Origin: Lingula anatina
Lineage: Eukaryota; Animalia; Brachiopoda
Assembly (NCBI GenBank): GCA_051362555.1
Contig: CM120641.1
Span: 16,616,001-16,680,000 of the forward strand
Length of the DNA stretch: 64,000 bases
Reading direction: 5' to 3'
Shown here: positions 26,908 to 40,529 of the stretch, piece after piece
How the letters are laid out: every line of letters starts with the position of its first letter
Position numbering within the stretch: the stretch's first letter is position 1
Notes under the pieces: generated by a model
Database searches by the model: none
What the model was told of the DNA's origin: nothing
The model's input: only the letters and a program-made list of their open reading frames with translations
Translations under genes and position numbers: made by a program

Positions 26908-28242
26908 TTAATTAACACCCTGTGTTAAAGTATTTGGCAAAATGTAAGTTTTCCATAATCTTGGCCAATTCAACTTGTCACAAATGAAGTCTGCTTCTTT
27001 TCTAGACTTTTCCGACTCTTCCGCAACCTCCTGGTAATTTTTCAGGATATCGCTACTGATGACGGACCCTCTTTGCGAATCTCGCGCCAAAGCCAGCGTG
27101 GCTAACCCCTTCAAGTCACGAGGCAATTCCAAGTGGTCGACAATGGCGTCACAGGCCACTGCAGTGTTGTTGACAAGATCCTCATAACGTATGGCTGCAA
27201 CAGGGATTCCACTTGCAACGAAAGAAACGTACAGCGAACATGTTTCAACCCAGTGAACACAGCAGAACCCAAGGAAGGTAACGGACGAACAGAATTTAGG
27301 ATCTTGCGTCCAGGCATATTTCTGGTCATCAGAAAAGAAATGATCGGGAAAGAATCGCGCTGCCGACGGAAACAGTCTTCTAAGAATTCCATGTGTTTGG
27401 ATCGTGTACATAAGTCTTGGAATGGTTGGCCCACAGAATGCCCGACTCATGGATTGGGTGGTCTTAAGACCATCTCTGTACATAAACACGTGTCGAATGG
27501 CGGGAAAATACTTATGCACAACGTTTACGTGTTCCGTGGCACAAGACCTCGGTTTGATGCATATTGTAGAAGGATTTTGTTTAAGTGGTTTGCATATAAC
27601 TCGCATTACACTAATCACAATTTTTTCGTAAAGTTCTTGCGAAATGCTCCGCTTAAAGTAAGCCATATTAGTCAGAGAATCTGGTTCAGCAATGGTTAAC
27701 AGTTTGGGCAGAGTCTCCAGAATTTGACTTAAAAGTGTTGAACCGCATCGCCCTGTGCTTGATAAATAAATCACTTTCACTTTCGGGTCGCCAATTTCAT
27801 CAGCAATTTTGAATAGAGACTGGACTGGCATAAGGACAATTCTCCGGGCGTACTTCAGTTGAGCTTCATAGAGAAATGCATTCGTATCGGAATGGTAAAT
27901 GTCCACGGATTCTGGTGTTTCAACAAACACTGCTTGTTTAGGGGTTACACAGTAAAGGGAAATATTCTTGCTATGTATAATATTTGGATGTGCAAACCTC
28001 TCATGCAAGCCGATGAAATTTTCAGGACAGGCGACCCAACCGTCGTGAAGTTTGTGACTCCACAGGACACGCATGACTTGAGCCGAATGTTCGTAATGAT
28101 CACCTCTGTTCACGCGCCTTTGAAAGCTGAGCGTTCCACTTATCCACCAAAGAAAGGCCTGTACTGAAGTGAAAGTCCTACGAACAGCTTCGTAGAAAAT
28201 GTGATGCAAAACGACCAGAAGAATATACAACCAGTAACGCAT
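26908..28242 (-). CDS. P-loop sulfotransferase-like protein, 444 aa, uninterrupted ORF, N-terminal hydrophobic anchor
   Basis: 5'-PSB-like LSSTGRCGSTLLSQIL, 3'-PB-like FMYRDGLKTTQS and IRYEDL motif. N-terminal YWLYILLVVLHHIF...FLWWI. It is the longest ORF in the window. Confidence 0.8.
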   Translation of the reverse strand: MRYWLYILLVVLHHIFYEAVRRTFTSVQAFLWWISGTLSFQRRVNRGDHYEHSAQVMRVLWSHKLHDGWVACPENFIGLHERFAHPNIIHSKNISLYCVTPKQAVFVETPESVDIYHSDTNAFLYEAQLKYARRIVLMPVQSLFKIADEIGDPKVKVIYLSSTGRCGSTLLSQILETLPKLLTIAEPDSLTNMAYFKRSISQELYEKIVISVMRVICKPLKQNPSTICIKPRSCATEHVNVVHKYFPAIRHVFMYRDGLKTTQSMSRAFCGPTIPRLMYTIQTHGILRRLFPSAARFFPDHFFSDDQKYAWTQDPKFCSSVTFLGFCCVHWVETCSLYVSFVASGIPVAAIRYEDLVNNTAVACDAIVDHLELPRDLKGLATLALARDSQRGSVISSDILKNYQEVAEESEKSRKEADFICDKLNWPRLWKTYILPNTLTQGVN

Positions 28243-29272
28243 CTTGTGCAGTTTGTTTAGTGAACCACCTGTTCTTCCGGTACATAGAAATATCAGTACT
28301 ACCCTGATAAGATGTTACCCTAATATATGTTGAAGGTCATGTTTGAATGTTCTCAAAACTTTATCGTGTTTGTGAATTTCAGCGTCGTTTCAATAAGTGC
28401 ATCTGGATCTTGCAAACGATCGTGATGACTGGCGGAGAACAAAAGTCTGCTCTGTAAAAGCAGCGAAAAAAATAATTGAATGGCTAGTTTTTAAATTAAT
28501 AAGAGGACCTGCGACAGACTCCAAAGATTAGTATACAGAATTTGAAATTTCGCTTTGACTGTTTAATGAGTTGTCATGTTTGAAACTTGGACCTAAATTA
28601 GGTCCAAGTTTGAAACAAGGAAAAAAGCCAAACAGTATCGTCGGATCCTCCCCAAAAGTTTTGAAGCTAATCTGAATGTTGTCCATTTGTATGTTTAAGA
28701 CGATGGGCAAATTATCGGGGCGAGATACAGTGTAGGCCCTACTCCATGAGACTAACCTTTGATCACACTTTCGATACCTAACCAATTATCGAAAATTGTA
28801 GATGCTTGAATTATTGTCCCTGGCCTTTTTCATCGCAAAACACCAGCGTAGTTACGGGAATTCATCTTATATTGCGCAAACTAAAAATATACCTGACGGT
28901 TTGCTCTGGAATAACATTCCGGGCACCATCAAAGCTAGTCTGAGTTGGTTCAGTTTTGTCGTAGGACCAGTAGACCGTTGATTTGGCTAGTAACTGACGT
29001 CCACAGATTCTCTATTGTGTTCTATCTGCCATTTTCAAATTCCAGTCCCCACCCAATTTTTGCTCAAGAAATTTTAGGGGCACCCCATTTTCTCCTCCAC
29101 CCCAGCCCAAACCCCTCCGACTTAAATACTGACTGGTCCTTTAGGGGCATATACCCTGAAATATAGGGTAGTTTGCTCTGAAATGCAGAAAAGTACACAA
29201 AATTCAAGATTTCTGTTTATTTACGCAATTTTATTGGGTTACTTATAACTAGCATACACTGCTGGTGATCAA

Positions 29273-29508
29273 GGGCTCATTCCCATTGAAACTATCAGTC
29301 TATGCAGATCAATTTAACTCCACGGTGACTCACTGAATGCAATCAGTTAACAGATTCCTCCTTACATTGAGTAGAATATACAGAAAAGTTGGTGATTATA
29401 TGAGTACATTGGAAACAAGAGGAGGCATGTAAAACTGATTGCATTCAACGAGAGTCCCCGCAAAATTAGATCAATCTGTAAACCGACTGTTTCAATGGGA
29501 ATGAGCCC
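29273..29508. mobile_element. MITE, PIF/Harbinger-like TIRs
   Basis: Perfect 20-bp TIR GGGCTCATTCCCATTGAAAC / GTTTCAATGGGAATGAGCCC, with longer imperfect inner inverted arms. Confidence 0.8.
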
Positions 29509-29884
29509 TGAGGGACCATGCTGATCAAAATATTGATTACAGTTAGAGGTGTCATTTTACCTGTGGACCAAAGTGCCTGGAAGTGTAGAATGCTGATTGG
29601 GTGTATATAGCAACCTGAGGATGACTCAATAACTCGTAGAATACGGCTGCAGAAAAAATCACAAAAATTGGGGTAGTTATTATTTACAAAGATGCAGGTG
29701 CAACAAATTTTTGATAAGATCTATTAAACCAATGTAGGTCTTGTTTACAAAGGTCCACTGAAAATAAGTTACTGGTGCTAAAATCTAAACAGAGTGATAG
29801 TAAGAAATTTGTCCCACCAGTCTAAAGTACACTGTACTTTGTCACAGCTTTTAATATTTCTGAAATTAATGGTAATACTAAACC

Positions 29885-30057
29885 CTGGGGTGGCGCTGGC
29901 AATATTTTTCTCTTAGCCAAATCACCACATTTTTGTCAATTTGTTATCAAAAAGGTTATAATTTGACTAAAACAAGTGAAATCAAGCCCTTTTTCTTTAG
30001 CCAATTTAAGTCAGTATTAGCATTTGGGTAAATTGGCGAGTGTTAGCGCTACCCCAG
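29885..30057. mobile_element. MITE (hAT-like TIRs)
   Basis: TIR CTGGGGTGGCGCTGGCA / TGTTAGCGCTACCCCAG, with AAACC on both flanks. Confidence 0.65.
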
Positions 30058-30158
30058 AAACCCATTATACACGAACTGTTTTCATGATAAACATATAATT
30101 CAAATGTCTTAATATTTCAAAGATTGCAGTTTCAAGGAGCTGCTTCTTATATCTTTAC

Positions 30159-30271
30159 CAGCTGTGATCCAGGTTTAGCAATTTTTCCAGCTTTTTCTCA
30201 GCAAGGGGTTTGTATTCTGGGGCTTCCTTTAGGATCTGACCATCTCCTTGTTCTGCTTTGATTATCATCAA
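30159..30271 (-). pseudogene. Duplicated copy of Rho GDI first coding exon (relic or exapted exon)
   Basis: KAEQGDGQILKEAPEYKPLAEKKLEKLLNLD aligns without indels to MAEQGDDLTPDETPGYKPPAEKKLAEMVNLD (36847 onward). The acceptor is retained at the same 12-nt distance from the aligned start codon, which has become AAA. Confidence 0.85.
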
Positions 30272-33200
30272 CTGAAAACAAAGCATGTAAACCGCTATGC
30301 CTTTAATTATCATTCCAATGAGGTGAAATGAAGCTCTAATCGTTGCTAAATATTGATGTGACAATGAAGTCTGTTTTAAATATGTATGTGGGTCCCTCAT
30401 TGCCATATTGTCATTCAATATTGATGAATTATATTGATGCAATAATCACATACACATTTATTTTAAAAAAATGATTTTCTTAAATGGATTAACATTTCCT
30501 TACGGGTACTGTCAGGGTTTATTATCATCAAATTCCATAAATTATGATTTTTTCGTGCATCCAATTATTCAATATGGCATCTATGGTGAGGAAAGGTCAG
30601 GGAGGGGGGTAGGTGCTTGTTCAAACAATGTACCATTGATTCTCAGTGTCAGATGCTAGTTCACTTTAACTTTTCAAAAAACATACTACTTCCTCTAGGG
30701 CCCAGATAATGAGTCTTTATATGCCTCTGAGTTAAAGCATCCCCCTCCCCCCTCCCCAAAAAAGAAAAAAAGGACATGAAGGCATCTTGTATGCCCTATC
30801 CCCTATACAAAAAAAACTCTAGTTTTGTGAAGATCACAATGCAACCACCGCAATCTTGCAAAAGGTGAAGGTTAGCTGGAACCCCAGCCTAGTTTCATTG
30901 TCTACCATGACAAAGTGATACACCACAGTTGAATATACAACAATTTGAGAAATATGATATTGACTTAAAATTTATAATGCAGTAGAAGAACCCTGTGAGG
31001 TGTACTAGAATATATCAAGTGAGCTTAAAAACAAGCAGACCTTTTACAGCACTACAGGCTGTACATGTAGTTTTGCACTTGATTTCATGATCAAAGAAAT
31101 GAATTGAATACAAAAAGTTCTTCTAATCAATTAATTCTGCACAATAATTATACAACTATATATTATAAACATTCTTAGATATTTTATTTGGTATTCATCC
31201 AAACAGATTTTATTATGAACCACTAAAAAGCCAGTTCAATGTTTAGCTCTTAGTGGTCGACAAAGATGTCCAAGGCTGCTGCAGGGCTGGTGACAAAGTT
31301 CCTCATTGTAAATAGCTGCAACAGGCATTCTTTAAACAAAAGACATGTTCAAGGAGCAAGAGCAGATTCCAAACTTTGTTAGGAGGGAGAGGGGGATGGG
31401 TGGAAGAAGAGGGCACAAAGATTTAAGAGATTGCCTTGCTTCTCTCCATATGTAACCAACAATAGACAACTTGAGCAGGATATGTAGGAAACAAGATTGA
31501 ACAATTTTTTGATATTGCTTGGTTTGCTTGTTATGCTTTTTGGGAGAGAGAAGGGGAATAGAGGGTATAGCACCTTCCATGCCCAAGCAGCTTAGGTGTG
31601 TCCTACCCTGGAGATCATCACTGTCCCTGTGAACATGACAAAACCATAGAGGATCACAGATCAGGCTAATTTTTGATCACCAAATAGGAAAAGATAGGGG
31701 AAAATGCACTGAATACAGATACAATCTCAGGATAACTGAATTCATTTGGATTGTGTAATAAAGCCTTTGACAGGCGGCTATTCTTTACCAGAGGCCAGCT
31801 AAGCGATGATGTCAATTCTATACACAAACCTTCATTGTATAGAAAAGTGCACATCATCTGCCAGAGACATACCTATGAATATCTGGTGAAAAACCAATCT
31901 GGGGCCTTGGTAAAGGATAATACGGAGTTGGCCCCACAGAAGACAAAATATAAATATATTCTGACCCAAGAAAAATCAGTTCTCAAACATTTCACTTAAT
32001 AACATGAATGAAATGGTCAATGTTGTCTGATATTTAACTGTTAAAGTGGATTGCTACAAATTGCTTCTTGGTGAGACTACATATCTATACCATGTGTATT
32101 GAATGAAGAGACAAACCCTTACGCACAATGCTTAAGTGCTACAGTGAACAAGACCTTGGTTTACAGAGTAGCCAGGCACATCTAAACGAGTTAGATGAAA
32201 CAAAGGAACAGATGCAATTGACAGATATCTGATACATGGGACAAAGGGACCCCCTTCTTACCAAAAAAAAAAAAAAAGAAAATGGGGTCTCTTCTCTTTC
32301 AAAAACAATTTCAAGAAAAGCCCATGGCTTTCACAGAGTCAGGTCACACGTAATTCTTACTGGAAAATGCAATAATTTGCACCACAGTAAAGTATAATAA
32401 ATGTAAATGTAATAATGCTCCTACCCTCCTCAATACATGGCAGCCTGGATGTTCCCCAGCACAGGACAGGTGACAAAAGAAAGGCAGTTTAGCAAAAGAA
32501 AATGAGGGTACTTACATATTTTTCTCTTAAATATGATACTGTAAAATTCTACCCAAAACTGAAGTGCAAATCGAAAATGACACAGAGCTCAAGCTTTTAT
32601 TGGTCCATATTTTGAAAGCATAAAGAATTGCATAAATGTAATCAACTTTTTTGCCCTAAATGTTAGTCTTCATGGCAAGTCAAAATTTTAGTAATAATGT
32701 CACTCAAACACAATGTAAAAGTCATAACAAACAACCTTAGATACTACATTTTATTTATCACTGGCTAGTTTTTTCTCAGCTACATTTTGTTCTATATTTT
32801 ATGCCTCATCTACATTGTTCCACAATTAAAAAGCTGCAGGTCCACTGGTGCTATAAACTAGCCTACATCACTGTTATGATAGAAATAATTTGAGGAAACT
32901 ATAGTTACTTCTGTCTTAATAAATGTCCAGCTGGATTAAACAAGTTAATTATAACCTGCTTTACCTAAACATTACCATCAACCTTGAAAAAGTATCAATA
33001 ACAACTATGCAAATAGCAGTGCAGAAATGTTATGCGTAAGTAAATAAATTTTCCCTTAAAATCATTTTATAACTATATGTATCTTCATTAACATAAAGGA
33101 TTATTTCTCTAAAACATTCATGATTATCCTTTGCCATTTAATTTGAATTTTTATTGTATACAAATTATATAATAAGTAGCCTTATCTGCTTACAATGAGC

Positions 33201-34331
33201 ACATTAAAATCCATTTCAACTTTAAGGTATGGTATAAGGTAGTTTTCTATCTCCTGCATAAATGTGGAGGCATTGCATGATTCTCATACAGATTTCTTGC
33301 AACTTTTCAAGCTGTTGAATATAGTCTTATCATACAAATTTTCACTTTGAAAGACAATGTAAGATCATTCCAAAATAAGTTGTTAAATTCTTATACAAAA
33401 AAAAAAAAAAAATTATAATAACAATAAATAAATAAATAAATAAAAAATAATAAAAATCTGTGTTAGGGATATTTTTCCCCTCGAATTTAAGCCAGTTCAA
33501 AAGAAAGCTGTTCAGATACATTATCATACATGTTGATGAGGATGCTGGGGAGACATAAATGGGCCTCTCACTTTCAGATTTCACACAAGATCAGAAAAAA
33601 TCCAGACATACATATGTTATAAATAACAGCTGCACTTGCAGTGAACTCAGTCATGTTACTCCTGATATGTCCTTGCAAAAGAACTTACAAGAAAAGTGTC
33701 ACCATTATAGTTCTGATGAAAGGCTAAGAAAAAGGAAGTGCAAATTATACAACCTTTAAGCCTAAATTAACAACTCGGACACATACTGTAGCTGCGGTTA
33801 GGTAAATTATTAACTTGTGACCTTATATAACCAAACCCTGTACAGGATTCAATGTATACAGCTTGTCAATTCTGGTGGTTAAAATGCTGCAACTTTTTAT
33901 ACAGGTTCTTGTTTTGCTGGAAGTTATATTAACGTAACAAAAATCTGGGGGAAAATTGGAAAAATGAGCAACCCATGGAATAATAAACTTTGAATGGAAG
34001 CCCTTTGTATGGACTTTGGAATGAGAGCATAAATTACATCCTTCTAAAAATGGAGATAAGGTTCTGCTGCTACTAATGTAAAAGCACAGTTAAAGCCCAT
34101 TTCAGATTTATGCATTTCTTCATATACATTCTGCATGCTTTACCTTTTTGGTAATGAAAAATTAGCAAAATTCTTTCAGAATTTCACATATATCAATGAT
34201 GTATGCACCATAAAACTGCATATTTCACCATATTTCATTGTATCCTCATCTCTCAGGCTACATGATAAAGGTTATCGCTGAGTTTATTTCAGTTTGTATT
34301 TAGACTAACATTATATAACTGATGTCTGCAT

Positions 34332-36847
34332 TTAGTCCCAGTCCTTTTTGATCTCAAAATGCCATTCCCACCTGAGAATTTCATTTTTATCATCATCAGT
34401 GAAGAGACTCTTAACGCTGTAATTGCCGCGGGCTATCATACCAGACGGGCAATCCTCTGGTGGAGTAGTGTAGGTATGAATCTCCTTCCTGGGACCGTAA
34501 CTTCCAACCATATGGGATTCTTTGTCCACTAGAAAATGAATGATGGAACATATCACTGTCAGCAGGTCACAAGTTAAAAGGGGAATTTGTCTCATGGCAG
34601 CACTTCATTCAAATAGGATTTGTCTTGCATTTTTGTTAATTTTTCATGAGAAGCCATGTCAGTTTCGCATATAGCTTCCACTTCAAACATTTAATACAAA
34701 CTTGATCAACTCAAAATTTCTATATGCTGGCAATCACTCACTTCCAAGCAACCCTTCATCAATCGCCATTTTGATCTTAACACATTAACCAAAATGTTTT
34801 ACACATCTAGATCATATTGTGTAAATGAAAAAGTAAATCATAATAAAAATACAATATTCTACTTTCAAATGAGCAAAAACTACATATTTCACCTATATTT
34901 TACCTAATGCAGCTATATCTCATGAACACTGGTGCACAAATAAAGATTTTTAATCCACTGACTATTATCATGGCTTTTGAAACATCTATTCTGCATTAAT
35001 TATTAAAAGGATAGTCAAAAACGATTATGGCTGAATGAAATGGTTTGCATCCTTTCAAAAGGGGGCCTTCTAAGTCACTGCCACAGGCTTTTTCCAGATG
35101 ACATACTCATTTACAACCATTGAACATAATAATATAATAAAAAGAAACAAAAAGAGACTAGGAGAAGTCAGTGAGCAAGTGTGCAGAAGACTGACTTGCA
35201 ACCCTTTCTAAGATATTATAAACAAAAACTTCAAAACATTTCATATTATGTTTTTGGGTGTTGTCTTGTTTAATGAGGGTCATAGGGATGTTAGAAAGTC
35301 TATCAAGTCAAACTTTTTTTATGCATAAGGTAAACAGAAATGTTTAATTTCACTGAATTATATTTGGATAATTTCTGGCATATTTAAAACTGACATATTG
35401 TAATATTCCTTTTTACCTGATACACAAATAATCAGTTTCAAAATGTTATGTACTTGGTTTTGTTATAATAAAAATAAGTTTACCAGGCCTGAGGGCCCCG
35501 TAACTCGAAAGCATCGTGCATTGGTACCGAGTGCAAGCATCTCAATTCCAAAACTCGCCCCATATAATAGCCTCGAAATAAAAGGTGATATCGCTATTTG
35601 CACAATGCTTTCGATTACGGGGCCCTGAACAGCAGTAAGTACTAGACATGCAAAAAAACTGCCATCACATCAACCCTCTTACCTGAAATTCCTTTCCTAG
35701 ATGTTTTTAGCACAAACTTTAATCCAGGGACAATTTCACGCTGAACATAAAAGTAAATTTTGATCTTATATTTACATCCTTCTTTCATGGTTATCTTGTC
35801 AAATTTTTTACTGAGGTCACCTAAAAAAGAATAGGAAAATCATACGTAAATGTCAAATTATCACACATAATGGTTACATTACTAAACGAAATAAGTCTTT
35901 TCACATTAACTAAGGTCCCCACTGCAATCACAATTCACACCATTTTGTTTCTTTTGCTAAATGATGGGAATTGCTAATCCTGAAGTTAGTTGTATACTAT
36001 TCAAGTATTTTTTTTCAAAGGTATGTATTTTATGCAATATTTTAGAAAAAGGTGATTTTTTTTATTATGATGATGATTTTAAAACAATGGGTATAAATAT
36101 CTACAGCCACATTTTTATAATCTCCTAAAAAATTAAATGGAGATATTATTAAATAATGTTAATAAAATGTTTTTATAGGGTTGGCTAAATATACATTTAT
36201 TGCAATTGAGAAAGTTGATTCTCTAGGTTGATTTGTTGATTCAGTAGTTCTCTACATTTTTTAGTTCGCAAGAATAAACTTGCATTGTATCATGTATTTC
36301 ATTTTAAATAAAGAACATCATAAGAAACACAATTATGTTCAATTTCAAATATGTTCACTCCTTCCTAACCTGTGAGGTCCAACTCCACATCAGGCCTTCC
36401 ATCAACAAGTAATGCCATCTTTGTGATTATCACATTCCTAGGGTCTTCAGGAACTGAAGGAGAGATAGAACAAATTCCCCATTTGCATATGTGCAACATT
36501 TTTTGTAGACATTATTTTTACTCAACATAAGTAAAATAAAAGAATTACTTATAGCAAGAAGTTATAAAGAGATCATAACTTCTTGCTTATAGCTACTACA
36601 GTTTTTGGAAAATTTCTATATCAATATCATACAACTCAGCTGATAAAAACATGACGTGGGATTTTAAAACCTTACAGGGTGCAGTATTTTCAGCACCAAT
36701 AGCGGCAGTGCCAAGGAGCTGTTCCTTGTATTTCCGCAAGCTCTCATCCTCTGTATCGAGGTTCACCATTTCTGCTAGCTTCTTCTCAGCAGGGGGTTTG
36801 TATCCTGGGGTTTCATCTGGAGTCAGGTCATCTCCTTGTTCCGCCAT
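34332..36847 (-). CDS. ARHGDIA: Rho GDP-dissociation inhibitor, 4 coding exons, 196 aa
   Basis: Exons 36847-36676, 36453-36370, 35820-35683, 34528-34332 (591 nt). Motifs YKPPAEKKLAEMVNLDTEDESLRKYKEQLLG, DPRNV, KEGCKYKIKIYFYVQREIVPGLKF, MVGSYGPR, PSGMIARGNYSVKSLFTDDDK, WEWHFEIKKDWD*. Confidence 0.96.
35493..35625. mobile_element. PIF/Harbinger-type MITE in Rho GDI intron
   Basis: TIR GGGCCCCGTAACTCGAAAGCAT / ATGCTTTCGATTACGGGGCCC, flanked by a 3-bp TSD (TGA). Confidence 0.8.
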
Positions 36848-39800
36848 GACTATTGTGAACTAGAAATAAAACATAAAACTGTCAGAAGTTACCAATCATG
36901 CTGTTTAACTGTACCACAGAATCATGCACTCTGAAAATAAGGGGATAGAAAAGTTTAAAAAAAAAAAAAAAGACACACACACACATCTGTTACCACACCA
37001 AAATGGAAAAAATTAAAAAAAAAAAAGAAAAGAAAATTGTACTTCATCATAGTTCTAAACCTATAATCAAAGCAACACTGAAACTGCTTTGTGTCAAAGC
37101 TTGGGAAGGATAGTGCTTGTCAAATCAGGACAAAATATAATAAAAAACTAAGAGTATTCATTTCAATACAATGCCATCTGTGAATATCTGATCCATTACT
37201 GAATCCATAAAAATGTTATCATCAGCAACTTCAAAACCTGCTCAATATAGAACTCACTAAGTATCATATATCTGAGTAACACCAGAAAACAATAGGACAA
37301 GTCGGCAATCTCATTTTGATAATCTACTATAGTGCTATGGTTTTGTTATCATGCATGCTGATGTATTGTATTTCATGTTTGACATAAAGTGCTCAACCAG
37401 TATGAAAATAAAATAAATATGAAAGCCCTCCTTGAAAGTAACCTGTAAATCCAAGCCCAGTTTTTTTCCTACAGTATAAAAAGACAAGAATACAATTCAG
37501 GTCCATGGCATCAGGGAGATCTTTATTATCATATCCCTGACAAGCTGATTTCCTTTTCAAGCAACCATATTATCACAATCCGACTTTTAAGTTTGATATC
37601 ATGCAAGAAATATGTTTATAAAATGAAATCAACAATGCAAAAAAGTTTTTTTCAAATTACTATCAATTGTATGAATAAACAGCTGGGCCACTGGTCCTTA
37701 GTTTTACTCTAAACCATTCAGAACACTGCTAGTTGTGTGACAATGTCACCCAAGGGCTGGGAAAATGAAGTGCACTCTAATGAAAACCGGGCTCGTGAAG
37801 ACACATGAAGTCAGAGATGGGCAGTAGGCCCTGTGATCCACCTGAATTTCTGTATGGACCTAAAAGACCAAATAGTACTTTAGTGAAGAATATACTTATG
37901 TCCACTGTTGCCTCCTCCTGTGTGCCAAATAAAAGTTATATTTGACAATATGAAAGCATACGTAGCATTATGAACATTTTTCTTTAACACAAGAAAAATG
38001 GTTTTGTTTCCACAGAGGCAGTAGAGATAAAATTTCAGTTCCAGGCCTCATAAACATTAATTGTTTTAGTGTTTGTGACTATGATCCACAATCTTTGACT
38101 TTGAATACCAATTGAATGATTTGGACTAGGGTTTCAAGTTCCAATTTAATAAAAATTGCAAGCATTACATTATAGGCTATGGACAAAAAGTGAGGTTGGG
38201 TAAGCTTTCATTCCAGTCTGTATACACACAGGATCTTTTTTTAAACTGCCAAATATTTTCAGTATGCCCAAAGTGAAAGATACAAGGAACTACAGGTTAA
38301 AGCTTTCAAAGATTCTAAGTCAAGAGAGATAACATTTTTCTCCCTATTCTAAAAGAGTAACCACACATATGGCTTTTGCTAAATTAATACATAAATTGAG
38401 TACAAATATGAATTTCCTGATATCTGTGAACTTTAACTATTTGTCAGAGCAAATTTTTTTTTCAGTTTGATGATTACAATCACTTCAAGCAATTTGACAG
38501 GGTGCCGAAGATCAGTAAAGCACAATTCATGCCAAGTGCTCACAAGAACAAGTTTACATTACACATCAGATGCCATTCTCAAATCAATGAAAGACTGGGG
38601 CTGACAATCATGGCCAATTGTATGCCTTCTTGACTATGTCCAAATTTAAACTACTAGTACCTATATCACTTCTGTACAATTTTTTATATTATAAAAAGGT
38701 GTTATATAGCGTGTCAATGGTGGGAGTGCATTGGCCCGACCATGACATCAGCATTAATCTAGCAACCATATGTTTTATTTTCAAACAGTTTTAATGATAT
38801 TTGAAGAAAAATGTTTAAAAATCAATTTCTAGCTCTGTTAAGCTTTTGATAAAAACCAAAAATGCTTTTAATGCAGGTTTCCTTTTGGCCTTGCATTATC
38901 TAGCCTAGAGCCTTGACACACTTAAATTCAATACAGTGACTTAGAGAGTGACTTAGGGTATTGACTGGTCAATAAACAACTAACATCCACTACAATGACA
39001 GATATGCTGGCAAGCAAAGTTCAATTGGGGTCAGGAAACATACATGCATAGGACTGGGAAAAAAGCAAGTACAAAGACACCCAATAAAAATGCACATAAC
39101 TAACAGCTTCAATGCCCTAGAAAAAAAACATTTTCAAAAACATTGATGGGATATGGAAAAAAAATCCACAATTTGCATGCATGTGAACAATACATATCTT
39201 TGTTACCACTCTTTCTTGAAGTATTGCAAGCCCATGTTTACTTGGTTAAATTATCCAGAATGGAAGGGCAAACCAGTAGTAGTCTAAGATTATCTCTAAT
39301 ATTTGAGCCAGAGGGACACATGTAAAATAATCAAAACAGCAGTTTTCTATTTAGTCTAATGCAAGTCATATATAGGCAAAATTGTTTAAATCATTATTAT
39401 TAAGCAGCCTAAATTTCAGATTCGACACCAACCAAGCAGCAGCAGTTGGTTGAAGTTTTCTGTACCAATCACAAATGTCCATGGGTCATGTATAAAGTAC
39501 AGTACTTTAAAAGCCAATTAACATCACAAAAGAATGAAATCAAGGTTATTTCACCTGCATTTGTAATATGCACAAACTAACTGCTGTATGTACCATTAGT
39601 GTATACTATACACTGTTGACATGTTTGAAAATGAAGATACTGCATCGACTGACTCTCCATACATTAAACATGAATTTAGGATAATACATAGCAGCAATTA
39701 TGATAAATTGTTGCATAAATTATTGTAATATCAATTACAAAAAAAATGTATTTGAAATCAATGTAGTCAGGTCTCAAATTGTACACAAACTTTTCAACAT

Positions 39801-40235
39801 CATAGACCTTACTGCTAATGGAATTAGAACTTGGCAAGAAAGCAAAGTTACTCCCCTCCAAAATCAAACTTCAAAGGAAATCTAATATCTTGAGACAGTG
39901 TGTACGTACTATAAATATATATATATATGTCTGTGTATATATTACATAAAATAATCATATTAGCAATACAAGCAAATGTACAAACACAATAAAAAGCCGG
40001 ACATCCCATTAATACATTATACCGAATGGTGATTCACTTCATATCAATGAATAGCCACCCATAAATGACACCGGCAAAAAAACTCCCAAGTTAAACACCA
40101 TAAACAATTAAAAGTAACTGAAGTCAACATTTACGCATAACATCACTAGTTGCATAAGTTATCGCCTACTGCACTGGTTGTATCTATATATATATTGAGA
40201 GATCCCTTTAAAGTTATATTTAAAGCTGAATCTAC

Positions 40236-40529
40236 CTCGGTCAATTCCTCCTAAACGTCGAATGTGCCTGTAATAATGGCAGCGGGGTGGAATCCACTTC
40301 CGGATTCAAAAAGAAAATAGTTCTTGTTTTTTATTTGTGATTAATATTCATAAAACCATAAGAAATGAAATAGAAACAGTTTTATGGCACACAAAAAATT
40401 ACATTAAAGTTTCACCATATATTTCCTGCACTTTATTGACAAATTGTAAGCCCATTAATACACCTCTCATCTACACTGTCAAAGGTTAAAATTGGCCAAG
40501 TTCGACATCGGAGCAAAGGATTATGGGTA
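40236..40529 (-). promoter_or_regulatory. Probable Rho GDI first non-coding exon and promoter
   Basis: Minus-strand donor GAG|GTAGAT at ~40235. ETS-type CCGGAAGT at ~40297-40304. ZNF143/Staf-like TACCCATAATCCTTTGC at 40529-40513. Confidence 0.55.

Noticed and set aside
27111-28167. ORFs of 75-188 aa inside the sulfotransferase-like gene
   Set aside because: Shadow frames of the 444-aa ORF, with no independent motifs.
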